A DNA stretch of 46,672 nt from a virus (taxonomy: Duplodnaviria; Caudoviricetes): positions 1 through 46,672 of the IMG/VR virus record IMGVR_UViG_3300032235_000244; one strand, written 5' to 3'. The translations under genes were made by a program, and so were the position numbers. Below the pieces are notes generated by a model. That model was not told where the DNA came from. It worked only from the letters and a program-made list of their open reading frames with translations, and did not search any database. Shown piece by piece: positions 40,888 through 46,672 of this stretch. The first letter of the stretch is position 1. Each line of letters begins with the position of its first letter.

Positions 40888-41317
40888 TCTGTTCTACAGT
40901 CTTTAATTTCTCTATCACACTTTTAAAATTAAATGTACGCCATACACCTGGGTGCAATGGTTTGGGATGATCCTGTAACGGTACCCACGAGTAACCACGA
41001 TGCTCATCATTCAACTGAGGAATAAACTCTGCATCTACTGTGATCAAGAACGTGTGATAGATAAAGTTTTTGTTTTCTGATGTAAACTTTTCAATTGGTA
41101 TCAGTTTAGGATCTGCGATCGCAGGACCAATCTCTTCGGCAATTTCTCTTAGCAATCCTTGAGCCACACTTTCGCCTGGCTCTAGTTTACCTCCAACTAG
41201 TCCCCAAGATCCTGCATGTTTTGCGCCTGCTCTAAGTAAAAACAGATATCTATGTGTAGTGGTGCAGTATATCAAGGCACCACAACTTTCTAGATACTTT
41301 ATAGAATTATTGTCCAT
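40868..41317 (-). CDS. NUDIX hydrolase
   Basis: Exact Nudix box G-KLEPG-E-SVAQGLL-REIAEEIG; LNDEH..Y.W...P.PLHPG tail. Confidence 0.93.
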   Translation of the reverse strand: MDNNSIKYLESCGALIYCTTTHRYLFLLRAGAKHAGSWGLVGGKLEPGESVAQGLLREIAEEIGPAIADPKLIPIEKFTSENKNFIYHTFLITVDAEFIPQLNDEHRGYSWVPLQDHPKPLHPGVWRTFNFKSVIEKLKTVEQIKDQLQ

Positions 41318-42789
41318 TCAGATTCGTTATAAACACCTTCTACACTCTTAGCCCACTCGTTGTCTTGCCAACGATATTGTATTCCTGTGGTCAAGTTTGT
41401 AACATACTCAATTGTGTTAGTGGCTGCGCTGTCGAATGCCACAGTCCATCCGCCATTACGATATTCAATGATATCATTTGCACGAGCAACAACATTTTGT
41501 CTATTGGGTCCGTACCATACATCGCTAGGTTGCACATTGTTGTAACTACCAATATCATCTAATATTAGATATCTTGTTCCAACGGCAGGATTTAGTATTG
41601 CACTATTTACTGTTACATTTAGTGGATCAATAATAGCATCAACTGGCTCTAATGTATTGGCCGGTAAGGTATCCACAAAAGGTGTATATAACACTTGTGT
41701 AGGGTCACCAGGATGTACTGCAAATGTTCCAACTATTTCACTGCCTGTGGCTGTTAGTAATTTAATTGTACTGATACCATTCTTTACTTCACCAAATGTA
41801 TCAAACAATGATGTCCAAGTATCTGGGCTACCAATTTTAACACTACCACTTTGTATGTTGCCTATAGATGTTGTACTTCGATCAAGATCTTCATGTTTTA
41901 ACAGTACCAAGATATTTCCAGTGTATAACACTTTATATTGCATGGGTCTAAATGCAGTTCTTGCCATTTGTTTGTTGGCGTCCATGATATCATTCATGTA
42001 GTTTTGGTATGCGGTACTGCCTGGCGTAGAACCACTGCCACTTCTGCCAGCTCGGGTGAATCCGTCACTACCAACAACACCACCGCTGCCACCTGATCCT
42101 GCACTGTCAAACATATTGGTAATCATTTTCTCAATAGCACCATACTTCTTGACTGCTGCAGGAGCACTGATCCAAATAGGTATTTCAAATGTCATTGTGG
42201 CGATATCAATAGGTTCTTCTGCGCCAACAGGAACACTTCTTGAACTCCATGACATGTCTGTTAATGTTACTACAGTCAGGCTGGTCCAGTCAACATAATT
42301 GTCACTGCTTTGTATTTCCATTGATGGATTAAACAACACCATCAACTGTTCTAGTAACTGTAATTTTTGTTCTGTATTGCTGGTCCATATATCTGCTTTT
42401 AATGTTAACTTATACGGAGTAGGCATTGGACGATCAACAGTGACTATGTCACCTTGTTGATTTGTATATTCGCCAGTGGCTGGATCATACCTGCGTTCTC
42501 GCAAGCGAACAGAAGATACCATGCTGGGATCTTGTACACGTTCGCGATCATAAGTTAATGCACTGACATACACAGCTATTGCTGGTACTGCACTTAGCGT
42601 ATTCTCGCTATTGTTCTTCAAGATACTGGCCACTTGTCTTGAGCTGTCACCGTAGTAAACAGGTACACGTTGTAGGGCTATAACATTGTTACGGTCTCGA
42701 CCAAACTCAACTTGAATGTTGGAAATCATACGCATGAACTGCGTAATGAAACGTCTTACTTGACCATCATAGAAAAAGTCACGTGCCAT
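41299..42789 (-). CDS. gp15: T4 gp15-like tail sheath stabiliser/terminator with C-terminal extension
   Basis: FFYDGQVRRFITQF..., VPVYYG, MPTPY.L.....IW....QKLQLLEQ...LFNP pattern. Directly downstream of the gp14-like gene. Confidence 0.75.
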   Translation of the reverse strand: MARDFFYDGQVRRFITQFMRMISNIQVEFGRDRNNVIALQRVPVYYGDSSRQVASILKNNSENTLSAVPAIAVYVSALTYDRERVQDPSMVSSVRLRERRYDPATGEYTNQQGDIVTVDRPMPTPYKLTLKADIWTSNTEQKLQLLEQLMVLFNPSMEIQSSDNYVDWTSLTVVTLTDMSWSSRSVPVGAEEPIDIATMTFEIPIWISAPAAVKKYGAIEKMITNMFDSAGSGGSGGVVGSDGFTRAGRSGSGSTPGSTAYQNYMNDIMDANKQMARTAFRPMQYKVLYTGNILVLLKHEDLDRSTTSIGNIQSGSVKIGSPDTWTSLFDTFGEVKNGISTIKLLTATGSEIVGTFAVHPGDPTQVLYTPFVDTLPANTLEPVDAIIDPLNVTVNSAILNPAVGTRYLILDDIGSYNNVQPSDVWYGPNRQNVVARANDIIEYRNGGWTVAFDSAATNTIEYVTNLTTGIQYRWQDNEWAKSVEGVYNESEWTIIL

Positions 42790-42790
42790 A

Positions 42791-43972
42791 TTAATTGTCT
42801 GCCTTTGGTTTTAGTGCCTTGCTTAGACTTACTCGTTCGTTACGGGTAACACCGCTAGCATCAGTCCAAGTGTTTTCATTGTTAATAAAGCTGCCCAACT
42901 GAGTCTTGTTCTCACCAGGAGTAAGGCTAGTACGTACAGCATCTTCAATCTTGTTCCAACGACGTCCGTCGTATCTAAATAGTCTATTTGGCAAGTAATC
43001 TAACCTTAAGAAATAATCCCCAACATCTGGTAACACAGGGAATACAATACCTGAACCCATTGCCATACCATTTGGTGCTAGTCCGTCCCCTGACAAGTAA
43101 CCATGTACTTTGTCTGTGCTAGATAATGCAGCACGGTCAGCAGTGGTTAATGTATTGTCTGCACGAACTTGTGTACTGTCAACGCTACCTGCTCCTGGAG
43201 GCTCCCCAGGTTTACCGTTGGTGTCAACAGCCTTGGTGTACAACACACTGGTATCGTAACCACTCTTGGGCAAGTCTGTTTCTGCTTGTTCAATAACAGC
43301 ATCATTAATGTCCAGGTATTTGTTTAAGTTACTTAGATAATCACCTATAGGAGCACTATTAGCATTGGTAGGATCACTAAGAATCGTGTTAAGAATATCT
43401 TTGTACTCTTGACTGTCTGTCATTGGATTTAGTTTAACACGCCATAAGTGCGGCCACCATGTGGGTGTAAACCCTTCTGATGCAAATTGACAATCACTTA
43501 CTACAAAGAATCTTTTTAGTGCAACAGGAACAGTATTATCTAAAGAATTATAATCTGTCAAGTGCTGCAACTCTAATACATCACCATTCATTAGTTTACG
43601 ACCCAAATTCTGTACCATGTCGTTAATATGGAAAGTCATAAACAAGGTGCCAGTTTGTAAGAACAATCCAAATTGGCTCAGGTCAAAACTGTTATCCTGT
43701 ACTTGATAAATACCGCGCATGACATAAACATCTGGATCATACTTGCGGTCTCTGTTTTCTAAGAATAACAAGTCCTGGATATTTTGGGCACTGACATTGT
43801 TGTAAAAAGGCGTGGTTGGGGTAGCATCAGCTACGTTTGCACTAAAAGTGCCCAAATATTTGTGTACGAGAATTCCAGTCCCGCCCAGTGTGAACATTTC
43901 CGAAATTCTGCGGTCAAAGAACCGGTAATCGTTGCTATGTTGTCCGTCTTTCCAAAGTGATAATCTAGGCAC
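42791..43972 (-). CDS. gp14: T4 gp14-like neck/head-closure protein with C-terminal extension (GTG start)
   Basis: QDLLFLENRDR.Y, LSQFGL, LGRKLMNGDVLEL motifs. Context with gp15 and gp13. AAGGA RBS. Confidence 0.65.
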   Translation of the reverse strand: MPRLSLWKDGQHSNDYRFFDRRISEMFTLGGTGILVHKYLGTFSANVADATPTTPFYNNVSAQNIQDLLFLENRDRKYDPDVYVMRGIYQVQDNSFDLSQFGLFLQTGTLFMTFHINDMVQNLGRKLMNGDVLELQHLTDYNSLDNTVPVALKRFFVVSDCQFASEGFTPTWWPHLWRVKLNPMTDSQEYKDILNTILSDPTNANSAPIGDYLSNLNKYLDINDAVIEQAETDLPKSGYDTSVLYTKAVDTNGKPGEPPGAGSVDSTQVRADNTLTTADRAALSSTDKVHGYLSGDGLAPNGMAMGSGIVFPVLPDVGDYFLRLDYLPNRLFRYDGRRWNKIEDAVRTSLTPGENKTQLGSFINNENTWTDASGVTRNERVSLSKALKPKADN

Positions 43973-43993
43973 TGTTATATCCTTACTATCTAG

Positions 43994-43999
43994 TATTTA
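43994..43999 (-). promoter_or_regulatory. Late promoter-like TAAATA for the gp14-gp15-NUDIX operon
   Basis: The minus strand reads cTAAATActagatagtAAGGAtataacaGTG. Confidence 0.7.
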
Positions 44000-44001
44000 G
44001 T

Positions 44002-44030
44002 TTGACATTAATGAGCGGACGCTGTATAAT
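44002..44030 (+). promoter_or_regulatory. Consensus sigma70 (early) promoter
   Basis: TTGACA (44002-07), 17 bp, TATAAT (44025-30). Confidence 0.9.
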
Positions 44031-44036
44031 TAGGGT

Positions 44037-44318
44037 ATGCTTGAATTTAACTCATTAAATGATTGGCCCAGGGTGGACCAGGAACTGCGTCGTGCCCTAC
44101 GTGCGCTACATGATTCTAGCTCAAAAAGACAGTTATCCAAATTCCAAGATAATTTGTATCACAGTGTTACAGAGCTAAGTAAATCTGAAATTGACATGCG
44201 CCGAACCGGATACAATAAAACGTATCTTGCTAATTTAGCAACAGTTAGGGAACACTTAGCACATTTGCAACAATGGCTGGTTTTCGCAACACTGATTGAC
44301 AAAAAACCAGAAGAGTAG
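44037..44318 (+). CDS. Hypothetical 93-aa helical early protein, probably leaderless
   Basis: The ATG lies 7 nt after the -10 box. No family recognised. Confidence 0.7.
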   Translation: MLEFNSLNDWPRVDQELRRALRALHDSSSKRQLSKFQDNLYHSVTELSKSEIDMRRTGYNKTYLANLATVREHLAHLQQWLVFATLIDKKPEE

Positions 44319-44324
44319 TATAAT
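44296..44324 (+). promoter_or_regulatory. Consensus sigma70 (early) promoter
   Basis: TTGACA (44296-301), 17 bp, TATAAT (44319-24). AAGGAG RBS at 44342-47. Confidence 0.9.
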
Positions 44325-44352
44325 AGCATATTCCGTACAATAAGGAGCAATA

Positions 44353-45531
44353 ATGGCATTAGCACAAAGCGTTAAAGCACCGCGCAAAGCGCCTGCAAAA
44401 ACACGTGACCCGGCATTTAGCGATGAGAAGTACACAGGCAGAGAACCTGTTTGGGACACTGAACGTGCAGCAGCAATGAGCCAAGAAGAATTCGATCACT
44501 TCCTGCGTAAGAGCTTTTTTTATTACAATTATTATTATACTCAAAAAGATTGTAAGAAGCATGTGGTCAAGTGGATGCAGGACAATCAGTACAGTAAAGC
44601 AGATGTTAGTCGATTTATACGCAGCCCAGACCGTGCAATACCTATGACAGCATGTGGTTTAGTTATGGCAGCACGTCAGGGCATGCCCTTGCGTGACAAA
44701 GAGTTGGAGTATTTAAAAGCAAGATTACACGAAGCCGTTAACTCAGACGACTTAGAACCAGAAACAGTTGCAGCAGACAAGCCTGCAGTACAGGCGGTTC
44801 GGGCTCCTACTATTCAGGACCGATTGAACGAAAAGACTGCCGAGCACCTAGCACACTTTGAAGGCTTGTACGACGAAGTAATAGCTGGCGAAACAGTCAA
44901 GCCAGATGCTTTTAATTACTTGACTGCTAATACAGTACCGCAAAGTCAGATTAACAAGTTTGAGCACTTGTTTACAATACGTAAAGGCGAGTTGTTAGTT
45001 GCACAAGAACGTCGTGACGAGCAAGTTGAAGAAGCCTACAAGCATTACAAAGCAGCAGACTTCCGACGTCATCATGCGTTTTTGGATCAACTGTTAAGTG
45101 ACCTAGATCAATACCGCAGTGTTAAAAAGACACAAAAGAAAGCTAGAGTCAAACGTGCTCCTAACAAAGAAAAGGTTGTTAGCAAGCTCAAGTACTTGAA
45201 AGAAGAAAAGACACTCAAGTTAGTAAGTATTAACCCAGTGGACATTGTGGGCGCACAGGAACTTTGGGCTTACAATACCAAAACACGTAAATTGTACAAG
45301 TATGTAGCAGATACGTTACAGGGACCGTTGGGTGTCAAGGGCACAAGCCTAACTGGTTTTGACCCTATAAAAAGCGTGGGCAAAACCTTACGTAAGCCCG
45401 AGGAAAAGCTCAAAGAGTTTGCTAAATCTACCAAAGTGCAGCTACGCAAGTTCTTAGAGGACATCAAAGCTACAGAAACACAGGGCAATGGGCGTATGAA
45501 TTCGGATACAGTTCTCTTAAAAGTTCAATAA
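44353..45531 (+). CDS. Hypothetical Lys-rich early protein (392 aa)
   Basis: Strong promoter and RBS. Basic C-terminal domain (YNTKTRKL, KTLRKPEE). Function not recognised. Confidence 0.8.
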   Translation: MALAQSVKAPRKAPAKTRDPAFSDEKYTGREPVWDTERAAAMSQEEFDHFLRKSFFYYNYYYTQKDCKKHVVKWMQDNQYSKADVSRFIRSPDRAIPMTACGLVMAARQGMPLRDKELEYLKARLHEAVNSDDLEPETVAADKPAVQAVRAPTIQDRLNEKTAEHLAHFEGLYDEVIAGETVKPDAFNYLTANTVPQSQINKFEHLFTIRKGELLVAQERRDEQVEEAYKHYKAADFRRHHAFLDQLLSDLDQYRSVKKTQKKARVKRAPNKEKVVSKLKYLKEEKTLKLVSINPVDIVGAQELWAYNTKTRKLYKYVADTLQGPLGVKGTSLTGFDPIKSVGKTLRKPEEKLKEFAKSTKVQLRKFLEDIKATETQGNGRMNSDTVLLKVQ

Positions 45532-45534
45532 ATA
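45529..45534 (+). promoter_or_regulatory. Late promoter-like TAAATA for gp13
   Basis: Overlaps the upstream stop codon, 22 nt before ATG 45557. Confidence 0.65.
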
Positions 45535-45556
45535 TATTGAACTATTGGAACTATGA

Positions 45557-46483
45557 ATGAGCACACCATTTACTGGCAATGTAACAAGAGAAACCAACTT
45601 ATCCGACAAGGGTAGTTTAACCACTGCCAATCTATACGATCCCGCAACCGGCACTGGACATGGGCAAATAGCCTATAGCGATGCCCAAGTTACACAGGGC
45701 GATCTTGCCCGTGAACTAAATGCTAGACGTACAGCTATCGTAGACTATATTCGTTTGCGATTAGCTGACGGTATTGTGGATGTGGAACTAGACCGAGAAC
45801 ACTATGATTTGGCTATTAATCAAGCCTTGATCAAGTATCGTCAGCGTTCCAGCAACAGCCAAGAAGAAAGCTATGCATTTCTAGACCTACTACCAGAAAC
45901 ACAAGAGTACATACTGCCTAAAGAAGTCATGACAGTACGCTACATTTATCGTCGTGGTATTGGCTCTGTTACAGGTACTACTGCAAGCCAGTTTGAACCT
46001 TTTGCAAGCGGCTACTTGAACACTTATATGTTAGTGGCAGGGCGTGTGGGTGGTTTAGTTAACTATGAACTGTTTACACAGTATCAAGAGCTGGCCATGC
46101 GTATGTTTGGTGGGCACATGAACTTTACATTCAACCCATCAACCAAAAAGCTGACGATTGTTCGTAAAATGCCTAATCAAGGCCCAGGCTTTGGTGAACT
46201 AACAGAAAGCGTGATGCTGCACTTGTATAACTACAAGCCAGACATTATGCTACTAAACGACTTCCAAGCATTTCCGTGGTTAGAAGAATATGCTTACAGC
46301 TTTGCCAAACGTATTGTGGGCGAAGCTAGAGAAAAGTTTAATACCATTGCTGGCCCTAGCGGCGGTACAAGCCTAAACGGTGCAGCACTAAAAACAGAAG
46401 CCCAGGCTGAAATGGACAAGTTGGAAGAAGATCTAAAAACATACGTAGACGGTGGAATGCCACTGACATGGGTAACAGGCTAG
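45557..46483 (+). CDS. gp13: T4 gp13-like neck protein
   Basis: DYIRLRL...VDVELD..H....I..AL..Y; W...Y....K...GE.R.KF.....GG..LNG..L..EA..E..KLE. Confidence 0.85.
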   Translation: MSTPFTGNVTRETNLSDKGSLTTANLYDPATGTGHGQIAYSDAQVTQGDLARELNARRTAIVDYIRLRLADGIVDVELDREHYDLAINQALIKYRQRSSNSQEESYAFLDLLPETQEYILPKEVMTVRYIYRRGIGSVTGTTASQFEPFASGYLNTYMLVAGRVGGLVNYELFTQYQELAMRMFGGHMNFTFNPSTKKLTIVRKMPNQGPGFGELTESVMLHLYNYKPDIMLLNDFQAFPWLEEYAYSFAKRIVGEAREKFNTIAGPSGGTSLNGAALKTEAQAEMDKLEEDLKTYVDGGMPLTWVTG

Positions 46484-46484
46484 T

Positions 46485-46672
46485 ATGAAAATTAACGAAG
46501 TTATCACTGAAGAAAACAAAAAAGGCAAGTTGACCAAGCGTCAGCAACAAGCGACCAGTGGCTTAAACAAGTTCACTGATGGCGATCGATGGAACGGTGA
46601 CTATACACTGTATCGTTTGGGACTAGCAGTGGCCAGTACAGATGGTAAAACAGTTCCTGACACAGACAAAGA
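46485..46672 (+). CDS. 3'-truncated ORF (MKINEVITEENKKGK...), possible head-internal protein; not in the ORF track
   Basis: ATG 1 nt after the gp13 stop, open to the window end. Confidence 0.65.
   Translation, partial: MKINEVITEENKKGKLTKRQQQATSGLNKFTDGDRWNGDYTLYRLGLAVASTDGKTVPDTDK

Noticed and set aside
1-46672. Stop-codon recoding
   Set aside because: Genes tile densely under the standard code. TAA, TAG (5527, 44318, 46483) and TGA (29674) all end genes at sensible boundaries.
1-46672. tRNA/ncRNA genes and intrinsic terminators
   Set aside because: Intergenic gaps are about 65 nt or less, and no convincing cloverleaf or GC hairpin with a U-tract was seen by eye.

Overview
This window is part of the structural region of a large T4-like (myovirus-type, probably jumbo) phage. 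About 40 kb (1-40134, all + strand) is an array of roughly ten fibre/adhesin cassettes. Most have the same order: a TAAATA late-promoter-like motif, a fibre protein with a shared N-terminal 'FPxxPxxG...YxY...W' motif and one of three C-terminal end types, a partner tip gene whose N-terminus matches that end type (glycine-rich, multi-LamG, or Ig + SUEL-type lectin), and sometimes a small chaperone-like gene. Downstream are a Maf/CstII-like glycosyltransferase (+), a NUDIX hydrolase, gp15-like and gp14-like genes (-), a two-gene island under perfect sigma70 promoters, a gp13-like neck gene (+) and a truncated ORF with a T4-type capsid-targeting-like N-terminus. The main candidate for a new system is an apparent plug-and-socket code linking fibre ends to exchangeable tips, supported by one natural fibre-tip fusion. 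All family assignments come from motif recognition by eye; no searches were run.
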